From positions 1-64,000 of the IMG/VR virus record IMGVR_UViG_3300028783_000001: 64,000 nucleotides of DNA. One strand, 5' to 3'. Under the pieces are notes generated by a model. It did not search any database and had not been told where the DNA came from. It saw nothing but the letters and a program-made list of their open reading frames with translations. The translations under genes were made by a program, and so were the position numbers. The number at the start of each line of letters is the position of its first letter. The stretch's first letter is position 1. The DNA is from a virus. This document shows positions 1-10,001 of this stretch, piece after piece.

Positions 1-1
1 G

Positions 2-307
2 AAACGCAAAGAAGCCACCAAGTTGCAAGTCGGTGCAATCATCAACGTGTCATGGCTCGACGCGCGCGACGAGATCGGCATCATCGTTGAGAGGTACTTG
101 ACCGCGAAGGGCGTGGTGACGGGGTTCGAGGTCCTCTTCAAGAAGAGGATGTGCGACGTCGAGTTCGCCCAGATAACCGGGGTCGCGCGGGAGCCGCTCA
201 ACTGGGAGCACTTCGAGGACGCGATGGAGTCGGAGGAAGGCAATATCGCGGATGAACGCAAGCGCTTCATGAAGCACGCCGCGAAGCGCGGTCGTAGGGC
301 GGCCTGA
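2..307 (+). CDS. hypothetical protein (5'-truncated by window edge)
   Basis: Open frame from the window start to TGA 305-307, followed by a GC-rich hairpin (~315-336). Confidence 0.55.
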   Translation, partial: KRKEATKLQVGAIINVSWLDARDEIGIIVERYLTAKGVVTGFEVLFKKRMCDVEFAQITGVAREPLNWEHFEDAMESEEGNIADERKRFMKHAAKRGRRAA

Positions 308-391
308 CGAACGCGGGCGGCGCGCGACGCGCCGCCAGACTCAAGGAGAAACGAATATGACCCTAACCAAGATCTAACTCAAGGGGCGAAT

Positions 392-715
392 ATGAAAAAC
401 TCAATCTTAAACCAGTTGAAGTCTGGTTACCATAGCATCAACCTCGTTACCAACAATGAGGACGACATCAACCGCCTTGTTAGGCGTTTCATCAAGGCGG
501 GGGCAACGGTCGTCGTTATGCCAGACGATCAGGCCGACTACGAGATGATCGTCTATTACACGACGGAGCAGGCTCTAGACGTGGCCAAGGTCGTCATCAA
601 CGACGGCAACGAAGGATGGAATCCTTACGGACCTTCCATCGACAATCCTCAGGCGCTAGCCTACTATTCTGAGGAAGACGTGTTGCTTCTCCAGCTCGCC
701 GGTATGATCAAGTAG
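392..715 (+). CDS. hypothetical phage protein
   Basis: ATG with upstream AAGGGG; 107 aa. Confidence 0.6.
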   Translation: MKNSILNQLKSGYHSINLVTNNEDDINRLVRRFIKAGATVVVMPDDQADYEMIVYYTTEQALDVAKVVINDGNEGWNPYGPSIDNPQALAYYSEEDVLLLQLAGMIK

Positions 716-731
716 GGATTAGGAGAAGACA

Positions 732-1364
732 ATGATCACGCGTAGTGATAAGGAACAGGTCGACTTCTTGCAGACAAACATAAATAAGCTACCGCTCAAT
801 GACCGCAACTTTGCCGGATGCGTGGTCGAGGGAGCCAATGCAAAGATTCGCCGCATTGGGTTTGCCACCGAGAAGCAGCGAGCGTGCATCGACAAGCTGG
901 TTGCTCGGATTGAGACGCCAGTTCCGGTGGAGAACGAGCGCGTCAAGACTGAGGTTGGCAACCTGGCGCGTCTGCTAGAGATGTTTGACAAGGCGCAGGA
1001 TAACATCAAAAATCCCGCCATCAACATCGAGTTGGCCGGTCGCAGCATTAAGCTGACCCTCGCCAGCTCCACCGCGCCCGTTCCTGGATCGATATACGTC
1101 GTGGAGGACAACAAGTGGTGGTACGGACGCATCCTCCGCGACGGAAAGTTTGAGGCGTCACCGCGTTACCCTACACCCGATGGGTTGGTCGACTCGCTGA
1201 TCGAGTTTGCGAGTGATCCCGCAAGGATTGCCAGCGAGCATGGTCGCAAGACTGGTAACTGCTGCTTCTGCAGTCGTGACCTAACCGACAAGCGTTCGAC
1301 GTTGGTTGGGTATGGTCCCATATGCGCAACAAGGTTTGGCCTGCCGTGGGGTGAGGTCGTCTAG
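732..1364 (+). CDS. DUF6011-like zinc-binding phage protein
   Basis: C-terminal CCFCSRDLTDKRSTLVGYGPICA matches the CxxCxRxLTDxxSxxxGxGPxC pattern; AGGAG RBS. Confidence 0.75.
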   Translation: MITRSDKEQVDFLQTNINKLPLNDRNFAGCVVEGANAKIRRIGFATEKQRACIDKLVARIETPVPVENERVKTEVGNLARLLEMFDKAQDNIKNPAINIELAGRSIKLTLASSTAPVPGSIYVVEDNKWWYGRILRDGKFEASPRYPTPDGLVDSLIEFASDPARIASEHGRKTGNCCFCSRDLTDKRSTLVGYGPICATRFGLPWGEVV

Positions 1365-1374
1365 GGAGAACCAC

Positions 1375-1656
1375 ATGAAGGTCATTGCGTGCGATGAGGT
1401 AGCAAAGATCGTAAGCGAGTTGTCTGATCGTGAGATAATAACGCAGGAAATCCTCGATTATTATAACGGTGGATCCCTTCATGGAAGGAAGGTGGAAGAC
1501 GCGATAAGAGCTGCGCTTGGTGAGGTGATCTACGAAGCCGCATATAGGAGCGGTGCCGTAATTGACACTCTATATGCAAAGTACCAAGGGCAACCATCAA
1601 TCAAGATCCTCTACAAGGTGTACTCATTTGACGGCGTGCAATCCGCAATAGCGTAG
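1375..1656 (+). CDS. hypothetical protein
   Basis: GGGAG RBS before ATG 1375 (MKVIACDE). Confidence 0.55.
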   Translation: MKVIACDEVAKIVSELSDREIITQEILDYYNGGSLHGRKVEDAIRAALGEVIYEAAYRSGAVIDTLYAKYQGQPSIKILYKVYSFDGVQSAIA

Positions 1657-1660
1657 CCTC

Positions 1661-1670
1661 TGAGTAAAAT
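1661..1670 (+). promoter_or_regulatory. TGAGTAAA motif (putative phage-specific promoter); first of >=18 copies
   Basis: Exact TGAGTAAA at 1661, 5652, 8587, 9013, 15311, 32272, 36302, 36785, 37083, 38391, 41238, 44907, 47336, 49184, 53699, 57099, 57866, 59916; all on + strand, mostly at gene boundaries. Confidence 0.7.
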
Positions 1671-1713
1671 ATAAGGGAGGCGCAGGGCGCGCCTCCAACT
1701 CTGGAGAAACGTA

Positions 1714-1974
1714 ATGAGCAGTAGGCCACGTGCTGGGCGGGTCAATGGGCAGGTAACGCCGCGTAAGGGAGGCGGCTACAACGACCATCGGACTGTTGAC
1801 GAGTCGGTTTTAGTCTGCGATCCTGAGGTTGCTCGTATAGCTGCAATCCTCGTTCGCCAGACTAACAACAAACGCCTCGTGCCTTTTGTCAAGGCTGAAA
1901 AGCCTGCGCCAAAGCGGCGTCAGATGCCAAGCCTGCCACACTTCAAGTGTCTCGAAAAGCCTGTAACTACATAG
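1714..1974 (+). CDS. small basic hypothetical protein
   Basis: GGAG RBS; follows motif and hairpin. Confidence 0.55.
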   Translation: MSSRPRAGRVNGQVTPRKGGGYNDHRTVDESVLVCDPEVARIAAILVRQTNNKRLVPFVKAEKPAPKRRQMPSLPHFKCLEKPVTT

Positions 1975-2229
1975 GGGAAGCGACCATGTACCAACTTACC
2001 TCTGCCGACTACAATCGTATTAAGAGTGACGAATCTGCGTTTGCATGTGGAATGTCCCTGGAGGAGGCACGTGATTTAATCGACAACCTGCCTCATCTCT
2101 TCGACGAGTTTACGACGGCGATGGATGAGGCACAAGGTGCCGTCCATTCGAAGTCGACCGACGTTGCATACGTCGTTATTCGTATCACGCGTTGAATTCA
2201 GACCAAACTTAAATGGACAGGAGACTAGC

Positions 2230-3120
2230 ATGAAAACCAATACAAACGGAAACGTCGTCGAAATCCTGGAAGTGTCCAATGCCTCGAAGGTTAGGGCAGC
2301 GATACTGTCCGATTTTCGCGATAAGGAGTTTACGGTGCGCGACTTAATGGGTGCCGCCAGCACTCCAGAGAATGCGACGTCGGCGTTTGTGAGCCGGCTC
2401 GCCGCTCGCGGTGCCCTGGAGGTTCCGCGCCAGGTCGGCCACCGGTTCTTCTACCGCGTTGTGGACACCGCGATGATCGAGGCCATAACGTCAAAGGGTT
2501 CGCGTGTCGGCTATAGCAGCGAGCAGCCGCCGAAGCGGCGCTTCAAGCAGAGACTCGTCGCAAACAAGTCGCGCCTAACCAAGGAGCCGTTGAATCATCA
2601 CGACGGCGACACTGCACAGCGTGTCCGTGACATAATTCTTCGCGAGTTTGTCGACGCTCGGTTTACCGTGGTCGATATCGCCGACGCTCTTGGAATTATG
2701 GCTGATAAGTCGATCAAGCCGGTTGGTGCGGCGATGTCAAATCTCCTTACCTCTGGTGCCCTGGAGAAGATTGGTGAGACGAAGAATCACGCCTTCATTC
2801 TCAAGGTTGCCAACGCTGCTCTTATAAAGCAGCCAATCCCACGTCAGACTCCGGCGCGCGCGCCGCGTCTGTCGGCCGAGTTTATTGATGAACTCAACGA
2901 TAATACATATCTGGAACCGCCGAATCGTGAGTATGAGGAAACAGAGCATGCTATCGACCAATCCAAACTACGCGAGCATCTCAAGGTTGAGACTAGCGCA
3001 GCACCGTTGCTAGTCAACGAACTGATCGACCTGGCGATCTGTATTGAGCATGAGGGCATGACGCGCACGGCATGCATTACGCTGATCGAGCTTGCTGCCA
3101 AGGCGATGAAGCAGATCTAA
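2230..3120 (+). CDS. putative DNA-binding protein with two winged-helix-like repeats
   Basis: KVRAAILSDFRDKEFTVRDLM...GALE and RVRDIILREFVDARFTVVDIA...GALE; AGGAG RBS before ATG 2230. Confidence 0.6.
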   Translation: MKTNTNGNVVEILEVSNASKVRAAILSDFRDKEFTVRDLMGAASTPENATSAFVSRLAARGALEVPRQVGHRFFYRVVDTAMIEAITSKGSRVGYSSEQPPKRRFKQRLVANKSRLTKEPLNHHDGDTAQRVRDIILREFVDARFTVVDIADALGIMADKSIKPVGAAMSNLLTSGALEKIGETKNHAFILKVANAALIKQPIPRQTPARAPRLSAEFIDELNDNTYLEPPNREYEETEHAIDQSKLREHLKVETSAAPLLVNELIDLAICIEHEGMTRTACITLIELAAKAMKQI

Positions 3121-3303
3121 CGGAGGTTAAAGTGAAGCAGCCAATTAGCGATACTACGGGCCGTGGGAAGATGTCGGCGCAGGCTGCCGTCGGCTACCAC
3201 AACTACGAAGATGAGGACAGCCGCAAGACTAAATGGCGGCGTCCTCAAAAACGACCATCGAAGGTGAAGACGCTACGTCACCGATACGGAAGATAAGGGG
3301 AAC

Positions 3304-3714
3304 GTGATGGCAACGTCTAAGGCAAGAGCCGCCCGCCGTGCGGCTGTAGCGAGTGGTGATTATAGCAAGCAGTACAATAATGCAGCTAGGAGGATTGGCG
3401 CTCAAACCAAGCAGCAGTTCGATGTTGAAATTGACGCTGCCCTTCAGCGTAGCAAAGCACGGATGCAACTTCCGACGAGCTACGATCCTGAGCTGATCGG
3501 TACGTTGAATGAGCCGGTGCTAGATGACGACTATTCCGTTTACGGCTGTTACATGTATGTCGTGGATGGGCGCGTTACCTGCAGCGATGTGTTTGGTTCG
3601 GTGCGCACGCTCAAACGTTGTGAGCTTCAGAAGGGCCTTAGCGCAGACGAGGTGAGGCGTTGCGACATATACGGCCGCGCGGACCGCGACCTGCTCCAGG
3701 GCTTCAAGGTGTAA
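3304..3714 (+). CDS. hypothetical protein
   Basis: RBS AAGGGG; 136 aa. Confidence 0.55.
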   Translation: MMATSKARAARRAAVASGDYSKQYNNAARRIGAQTKQQFDVEIDAALQRSKARMQLPTSYDPELIGTLNEPVLDDDYSVYGCYMYVVDGRVTCSDVFGSVRTLKRCELQKGLSADEVRRCDIYGRADRDLLQGFKV

Positions 3715-3820
3715 GGGAACCGCGATGAGCAAAAAATCTAATAAAAGATGGCGAACCTATCGCCATCTTAGGTGGATGATCTGGATTGAGCGTCGGACCG
3801 GCAAGCGCCAATAGGGGACA

Positions 3821-4144
3821 ATGATGACAAAGGTTGAACCGGATCACATCCGCGAGGTAGAAGTGGACATGGAGAAGATACGACGTCAGCGTGAGCCCTT
3901 CAATCAAGCATGTCGCGACCTTGGTGACATTGGCTGTGGACTCAATTCTCTGGCCATCTCCTGTTATCGGGTTGGTTTGAGCGCGATGGCTGAGGAGTTG
4001 GATTTCTGTGCAAAGGATCTTCAGCGCCTCCTCAAGGCGTTTACGGATCACGACGCAAACGTCGCCAACGAGAGGTTTAAGGCGGCGCAGCAAGCTACTG
4101 GCAATATGATGTCAGTGTTGCTTCACTCAACCGCAAACAAGTAG
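3821..4144 (+). CDS. hypothetical helical protein
   Basis: RBS AGGGG; 107 aa. Confidence 0.55.
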   Translation: MMTKVEPDHIREVEVDMEKIRRQREPFNQACRDLGDIGCGLNSLAISCYRVGLSAMAEELDFCAKDLQRLLKAFTDHDANVANERFKAAQQATGNMMSVLLHSTANK

Positions 4145-4153
4145 GAGACGAAC

Positions 4154-4585
4154 ATGTGTGCTGATGTAACTGGCCCAATAGCGTCGCTTCCTGGGTCGAG
4201 CCATTGTACTCCTGAAGGAACGATGTGCGACAACCACCCTGATCGGCCCGCTACTGTTCGCATGCAGGGCGAGACTGACAGCTTTGGTTCCGAGATGCAT
4301 GACCTCTGCGCCGAGTGCACAGAGAAGGCGCGGGAGGAACCTCACTATATCGGCACGTGCGATTGGTGTTCGGCGAGCGAGGTAGTGCTCAACCCCCGTC
4401 GCGACTACGAGGAGGGAATGGCAGGCCGCGTCTATTACGTATGTCAGCCCTGTATCACCAGATCAAACGCCAGGATCGCAGCGGAGTTTGATGATGATGA
4501 TAACGGTTACGATGACGGCCCCGACTACGACTATGAAGACGAGTGGGATGAGCCGCCGGACGACCTTCCTGAGAAGGAGGGTTGA
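4154..4585 (+). CDS. Cys-rich (Zn-binding) phage protein with acidic tail
   Basis: CDNH, CAEC, CDWC, CQPC motifs; AGGAG RBS. Confidence 0.65.
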   Translation: MCADVTGPIASLPGSSHCTPEGTMCDNHPDRPATVRMQGETDSFGSEMHDLCAECTEKAREEPHYIGTCDWCSASEVVLNPRRDYEEGMAGRVYYVCQPCITRSNARIAAEFDDDDNGYDDGPDYDYEDEWDEPPDDLPEKEG

Positions 4586-4701
4586 GTGATGATCGAGCCT
4601 TGGATGTGGAGTTTTCCTCCTGATGATGGAATCGTTAGGATTCGGATGCTCAAAACGCGCAAGCCAAGCGGACCCTACTTCTTAAAGTGGAAAGGACTAA
4701 A

Positions 4702-5083
4702 CATGATCACCGGTATCGAGTTTATGGGCTTCGACTTTGTTGTAGATGTCTACTACAAGGTCACGAGCAAGGGCGGCAAGGAAACCTACTCAATATATGG
4801 GTGGGACCCTGCCGATGGACCGGAGTTTGAGATCATGGAGATTAACATGTGGCGCGACGAGCCTACCTGCCGCGCCACGTCTAAGACTCCGATGTTCGCA
4901 GCTACTGGTGAGCTATTCAACGTGCTTGCTAATCTAGCTGCGATTCGCAATGCCGTGGAGCAGGACATAATCGACGGTGGTTTAGATGACTATGACGATG
5001 ATGATTATCAGCGCCGCCGCGATGATAAAAACGACGCCGACTTGCAGCGTGGATATGCTAGTCAACGTGGCTGGGGTGAGTGA
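4702..5083 (+). CDS. hypothetical protein with acidic tail
   Basis: ORF 4586-5083; more plausible start at ATG 4702 after AAGGA. Confidence 0.5.
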
Positions 5084-5101
5084 ACCACTACTCAATGGAG
5101 A

Positions 5102-5632
5102 TTGAAAACGATGAAAATGTTTGAGCGCTACAATGGATTCCCCAAGGGAGCAATCCAAACTTCTGATGAGCTGAAATCTTTAATCGTACGGGCTATTCAA
5201 TACGACGAACAGTATGTATATGCCGTCGCCCAGCTTGGTCGTATTGAGACCTACGCAATTACATCGGATAGCAAATACACGGTCAATACCAACATTGAAA
5301 GTTCTTTATGTATAGGCCCTGCCTTCAACTCAGTCTCATGTGTTCATGTTTACGATGACGGTCATCGCCACAATTACAAGATATTGATGGGGTCATACAA
5401 CGTCGATAATACCGACGTGTGTGGTTGTGCTCATCGATTGTTTGGCAATCTGAGCGATGCTAATGCTTATAGCAATACCGTCAGAGACGACGCCGAATAC
5501 GTTGAAGCAGTTCGGCAGCACGTCGCTGACTGCGCTATTATGCACCATAGCTACGGTATGTATGACTACGAATATGATGATTACGGTGATACTGAGGCGG
5601 GAAGATTCCGACTACGAGTTGCGTGGCAATAG
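5102..5632 (+). CDS. hypothetical protein
   Basis: 176 aa ORF with GGAG RBS. Confidence 0.55.
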   Translation: MKTMKMFERYNGFPKGAIQTSDELKSLIVRAIQYDEQYVYAVAQLGRIETYAITSDSKYTVNTNIESSLCIGPAFNSVSCVHVYDDGHRHNYKILMGSYNVDNTDVCGCAHRLFGNLSDANAYSNTVRDDAEYVEAVRQHVADCAIMHHSYGMYDYEYDDYGDTEAGRFRLRVAWQ

Positions 5633-5921
5633 ATTCTGATCTGCTACACGGTGAGTAAACAGTACTTGCGGAAATTCCCACAAGGAGTGAAACCATGACG
5701 CCTCTCATAGTCATCACGCTTGGAGCCATTGCGGGGTTCGCCACAAAACTGCTAGTCGGTGCCAAGCAGCCAATCCCGGTTCGTATATGCAAGCAAACGC
5801 GGAGATGAGTAATGTGGAACTGTAATTGGTACTATCCTAAGATGTCGTATAGAAGCTCCTCTTTCAAAGAGGGTGTGTTCACAAAGCGCAAGACACGACG
5901 CTTTCTTGCTAAGATTTTTGC

Positions 5922-6161
5922 TTGATACCAAACCAGGAGCGCAAGGTGACTGCAAGATTCCCACACGTGATAGTCGACCTCCACAACGACCGCAAGCCCT
6001 TCTCTATCATGGGCCGCGTATGTTCCGCCTTAAATGAGGCGAAGATTCACCAGCAGGAGGTGAAGCGGTTCAGAGCTGCCGTAAGTTGCGTTAGCTCCTA
6101 CGACGACGCCATTGAAATCGTCGGGCAGTGGGTATCCATCGCGTCGACTTCGAAGGCATAA
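5922..6161 (+). CDS. small conserved-type phage protein
   Basis: FSIMGRVxxAL...SYDDAIxIVxxWV resembles a widespread small phage protein pattern (from recall). Confidence 0.5.
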   Translation: MIPNQERKVTARFPHVIVDLHNDRKPFSIMGRVCSALNEAKIHQQEVKRFRAAVSCVSSYDDAIEIVGQWVSIASTSKA

Positions 6162-6173
6162 GGGAGGATAGAG

Positions 6174-6548
6174 ATGATTGGGTTTAATGGTTTTTCGGTT
6201 CGGGAGTGCGTTACCACCGACTTTGGGTTTGGTGTTCATACCTGGCGGGTTCCATCTATGCCGATGTATGCATACCTAGACGGTACATCTAGGCTGCTAC
6301 CGGAGGTTCACGTCGCCTCCAAGATTTCAGCTGCAGATGTCCTGGCAATCGTGAAGGAGTTTGCGACTAAGGCGGCAGCAGCCAACCCGCTGCATTCGAT
6401 AAACGTCTTTGTCAGAGACAGCGACGTAAACGAGAGTCGATCCGCAGACCCATCAAACAACGTCTGGTGGATCACGGTAACAATCGTGCTGTCAAAGCCA
6501 GCAAACGTGCTGGTAACTACCGACGGCACAAACTTTGTCAGGCTATAA
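6174..6548 (+). CDS. hypothetical protein
   Basis: GGGAGG RBS. Confidence 0.55.
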   Translation: MIGFNGFSVRECVTTDFGFGVHTWRVPSMPMYAYLDGTSRLLPEVHVASKISAADVLAIVKEFATKAAAANPLHSINVFVRDSDVNESRSADPSNNVWWITVTIVLSKPANVLVTTDGTNFVRL

Positions 6549-6559
6549 AGGAGAATGCC

Positions 6560-6907
6560 ATGAAAATCTTAAAGACTTCGGCCCTTGCCGCCGTTGCCTT
6601 CGCTACCTCGCTGGTATCGTGTGGTGCCGAACCCATATCCTGCAACCGATCCGACGCCGTTGCTCGGTTTACCGACGTCCTAAACGGACCCGACTTTGCA
6701 ATGATGCGCGCTATTGGTGGCGTCACCGAGAAGGTTCGTATTGATCAGATTCGCACGATAGCAACCGACTTTCCACCAAACGGCGTGTCGTGCGTTGCTA
6801 GGATGATTGCTGTTCGTGGGCCAAACGGCACGACCTATCACCAGATTCCATACGCCCTACAGATGCTCGACGATGGCAGCGACTTCGTTGTCGAGTATGG
6901 CCGCTAA
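6560..6907 (+). CDS. putative lipoprotein
   Basis: MKILK + hydrophobic stretch + lipobox LVSC; AAGGAG RBS. Confidence 0.55.
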   Translation: MKILKTSALAAVAFATSLVSCGAEPISCNRSDAVARFTDVLNGPDFAMMRAIGGVTEKVRIDQIRTIATDFPPNGVSCVARMIAVRGPNGTTYHQIPYALQMLDDGSDFVVEYGR

Positions 6908-6930
6908 CAATCAGCAAAGGGAAAACTAAG

Positions 6931-7371
6931 ATGACCGACTCTCTCGTCAGGCTCGATCCGACGCCGGTGAACAACGTAATCCGACAGTTTCTGGATTTCA
7001 TCCAGGATGCAAGCACCCGTATCAAGTGGATCAGCGGTCCCACGCTCGGCGTGCTCTTGCGGAAGACCCAGCGACAGGGTAGCTACGACGGGTGGGACCC
7101 TCGTAATAAAGACTGGGAGCCCGCTCTGGACATCGCAGATATTTCTGTTCAACCAGACAATCTGGGCCTGATCGCCCTGACGGAGTTTATCGACTTCGTG
7201 GAGGCTCACTCACCATTTCGACAAATTTATATCGAGGATGTTGCCACAGCCGATCAGGCGCAGCTGTTATTTGTCGAGCGAGGCTACCGTCGGGTAAGCT
7301 GGATGATCCCTAGCTCAGACCCTCAGCAGGAAAATACGTGTTCGATGGTGAAGTTTTTGTATGACAGATAG
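6931..7371 (+). CDS. GNAT-fold-like protein (degenerate)
   Basis: LDIADISVQPDNLGL...IYIEDV...FVERGY follows GNAT strand/helix spacing; acetyl-CoA loop not canonical. Confidence 0.4.
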   Translation: MTDSLVRLDPTPVNNVIRQFLDFIQDASTRIKWISGPTLGVLLRKTQRQGSYDGWDPRNKDWEPALDIADISVQPDNLGLIALTEFIDFVEAHSPFRQIYIEDVATADQAQLLFVERGYRRVSWMIPSSDPQQENTCSMVKFLYDR

Positions 7372-7410
7372 ACGTGGGCGCGGGGGCGTAGCGTTGGTGG
7401 AGTAGGTAAG

Positions 7411-8160
7411 ATGGAAAAGGCCACACAGAAGACCGTCAAGCTAAACATGGGGCTCACACACGAGGGTAAAAGTGTCGATCTGCTCGTTAAGATTGACGCC
7501 ACCGTGCTGGGCTACCTGTGCGTTCATCCGTCCTGCGAGTTGGTTGGTAATGAAGTCGTTACCACGGATACGTGGACGGTATCCCACCTCGCCACAGGCA
7601 GAGGTGCTTGTGGTAGGCAGACGTTTCAGAGTAGGGCACAGGCAGTGAAGTTTATGCGTCTGCTGGAACCACTCAGCCCACTATGGCGTGGGGACAATCA
7701 GTACCGCATCGCGGCGAATACCGTAAACCTGTATCAGGCGGCAGTAATTTCAATGCGCGCCCGCGACCCAGAATACTCGACCCACGTATGGATGCCGGTT
7801 CGTGGTGACAAGGTAATAGTGATCACTACCAGTAGAGTGTTGCGTACTCGTACCGCAGCCGTGCACCGAGTAACCGGAAACGATGAAGATGAGGTTCGTA
7901 TAGACGACCTGGTATTTCACCGTTCCCCAACCGGGGCGTGGAGGGCAGCGCAGCAGAAGGACGCCACAGTAGCGCTCATTCCATACTCCACGGCAAACGT
8001 TCAGAGATTCATGAAGGAGAAGCCTAATGTCAACCACAACGGACCACCGACGCCGCCCTCTCACCGTAGACCGCCAAACTCCTCGCCAAGATCCCCGCAA
8101 GGAAAAGCCTCGCGCGGATCGAAGACCGGACCCTCGCGCCACCGTAGAAAGCACGGATGA
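7411..8160 (+). CDS. hypothetical protein
   Basis: 249 aa ORF; its low-complexity tail overlaps the next gene. Confidence 0.55.
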   Translation: MEKATQKTVKLNMGLTHEGKSVDLLVKIDATVLGYLCVHPSCELVGNEVVTTDTWTVSHLATGRGACGRQTFQSRAQAVKFMRLLEPLSPLWRGDNQYRIAANTVNLYQAAVISMRARDPEYSTHVWMPVRGDKVIVITTSRVLRTRTAAVHRVTGNDEDEVRIDDLVFHRSPTGAWRAAQQKDATVALIPYSTANVQRFMKEKPNVNHNGPPTPPSHRRPPNSSPRSPQGKASRGSKTGPSRHRRKHG

Positions 8161-8368
8161 AGGAATCCTAATCCTTCAGAAGAGTGACAAGGTGGAGATT
8201 CGTGCTGAGCTTTCCGACTTCACCGGAAAACCAATGATCAGCGTGCGGGAGTGGGTGAAGAAGGGTGATGGATTTATTCGCACTAGCAAGGGGTTCATGA
8301 TTGATCCCGGCGAGGCCATCGAGTTTTGCGACGCGCTCCGTAGCGTCGTCGTCAGTCTCACCGATTAG
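8027..8368 (+). CDS. PC4/Sub1-like ssDNA-binding protein
   Basis: LSDFTGKPMISVREWVKKGDGFIRTSKGFMI fits the PC4 F.G...idiRew......ptkKGi pattern. Confidence 0.7.
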   Translation: MSTTTDHRRRPLTVDRQTPRQDPRKEKPRADRRPDPRATVESTDEGILILQKSDKVEIRAELSDFTGKPMISVREWVKKGDGFIRTSKGFMIDPGEAIEFCDALRSVVVSLTD

Positions 8369-8379
8369 GAGGATAGGCA

Positions 8380-8589
8380 ATGGCTAACAAGCCCCACACA
8401 AACAAATACATATATGATCTCCTACTCCAAAGGCTGATGAAGGCGGACGACTTTCCGAGCTGCACCTATGGCGACTTGAAGAATTTTATGATGAAGCACG
8501 GACTCGTAATCGTCGGTGAGCAGTATCACAGCGACCTATGTGATTTAAAGCGCTCAGTAGTTAGGATTCACGAGCTGATCCAGGACTGA
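8380..8589 (+). CDS. hypothetical protein
   Basis: AGGAGG RBS; its stop overlaps a TGAGTAAA motif. Confidence 0.55.
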   Translation: MANKPHTNKYIYDLLLQRLMKADDFPSCTYGDLKNFMMKHGLVIVGEQYHSDLCDLKRSVVRIHELIQD

Positions 8590-8639
8590 GTAAAGGGATA
8601 CGTAGCGAGACCGTCCTCCCACGGTCGCTGCGTCTGACC

Positions 8640-8680
8640 GAGGCGTGTGGGTATCCCCCTTCCCACACGCCTCAGTTTTT
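8640..8680 (+). terminator. rho-independent terminator
   Basis: GAGGCGTGTGGG...CCCACACGCCTC stem followed by AGTTTTT. Confidence 0.7.
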
Positions 8681-9021
8681 CGTTTTTGAAATGGAGAGAC
8701 TCAATGAAACTGTTCATATGGACTGGTGGTGGTGGCGGGTACAGTGATGGTATGGTAGTAGTGCTAGCACCCGACCTACAACCAGCTCGTCGAGCTAGTT
8801 TTGGTATTCGACGACTTAAGAATCACAGCTCGCTTAAAACGCTGGAGCGAGCTAGTAGCTAGTGATTTTAAGATCGTGTCACGATGTGTAATCGAGCTGT
8901 CAGATTTTGTTGTGTACCGACCTTATAGTGGAATACCCGACGTTCTTATTAAGAACCGCAATAGCTGGACTGGTTTTGTCTCGCGCATCTGCCCAGACGG
9001 GAAATAATCCGATGAGTAAAT

Positions 9022-9058
9022 AACCTCCAGAAAGGGACCGTTCCCTCTGGAGGTTTTT
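9022..9058 (+). terminator. stem-loop with T tract directly after TGAGTAAATA
   Basis: AACCTCCAGA...TCTGGAGGTT then TTT. Confidence 0.55.
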
Positions 9059-9061
9059 GTT

Positions 9062-9622
9062 ATGACGGTGTTGAGTGCACAGACTATCAGGAAGATTCGA
9101 CCAGTAGAGCCTTTCCACGAGAGGTCGGTTGTCTGCGGCATGAGCTTTGGGCTCAGTAGCTGCGGATATGATATACGAATTGCAGAGACCATCGTATTGC
9201 GTCCCGGTGAGTTTGCATTGGCATCCTCAATCGAGAAGTTTGACATTCCAGACGACGTATGCGCAGAGCTGAAGGATAAGAGCACGCTAGTACGCCGTGG
9301 CCTTGCAGTCCAGAATACAATTTTAGAGCCTGGCTGGCGAGGATACCTCACACTAGAACTTACAAACCACGCAAACCCAACCAGACGCTGGTGGCATTTT
9401 TGGCGCTGGCGCGAGTGGTATCGCAAAGACCCTCTTCGACCTGAGGGAACTATAGTCTTGTTGGCCGGAATGCCAATTGCTCAGGCGGTGTTCCATCCCT
9501 TGGATGAGCCGACCGATCAACCATACGAGTCTGGTAAGTATCAGGACCAGAAGCGTGGTCCACAGGCAGCTCTTTATGAAGATGAGAGTATGGTGTTCAG
9601 CGGGGGCCGCGACCATGGTTGA
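9062..9622 (+). CDS. dcd: dCTP deaminase
   Basis: SFGLSSCGYDIRI, KSTLVRRGL, LEPGWRGYLTLEL, GMPIAQ, GKYQDQ motifs. Confidence 0.9.
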   Translation: MTVLSAQTIRKIRPVEPFHERSVVCGMSFGLSSCGYDIRIAETIVLRPGEFALASSIEKFDIPDDVCAELKDKSTLVRRGLAVQNTILEPGWRGYLTLELTNHANPTRRWWHFWRWREWYRKDPLRPEGTIVLLAGMPIAQAVFHPLDEPTDQPYESGKYQDQKRGPQAALYEDESMVFSGGRDHG

Positions 9623-9950
9623 CATACTATCCGACCGGGTGGTTCGAAGTAGGAAGCTGCATGTGTGCGACCAGTGCGGACGTCTGATCGGTGTTGGAGA
9701 AACCTACCGGCGTCGGGTTTACAAGGACGGCGACATTTGTACATACAAAGCACACGTAGACTGCGACGACGCCGCGCAGGAGATGTTTGACCGGGCAAAC
9801 TTATATTCTAATGAATATATGTGCCTTCAAAACTACATAGATGTATCCGATTCGGGATGGCTCTGGTCAGAGTTTCCAGACGTCGCCGAACGGCTACAGC
9901 TTTCCAGCCCATCGTGGTTTGAGATATGGAGACGTGGTTATGGGTGGTAA
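9615..9950 (+). CDS. Zn-ribbon phage protein
   Basis: RKLHVCDQCGRLIGVGETY...HVDC. Confidence 0.6.
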   Translation: MVDILSDRVVRSRKLHVCDQCGRLIGVGETYRRRVYKDGDICTYKAHVDCDDAAQEMFDRANLYSNEYMCLQNYIDVSDSGWLWSEFPDVAERLQLSSPSWFEIWRRGYGW

Positions 9951-10001
9951 GATTTCCGCACTAGAGCAGCTAAGCCAGCCAAAGAATGAAGGATAGTTAA
10001 A

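Noticed and set aside
8027-8160. Functional overprinting of the ORF 7411 tail with the PC4-like gene
   Set aside because: The overlap is low-complexity in both frames; most simply a run-on tail
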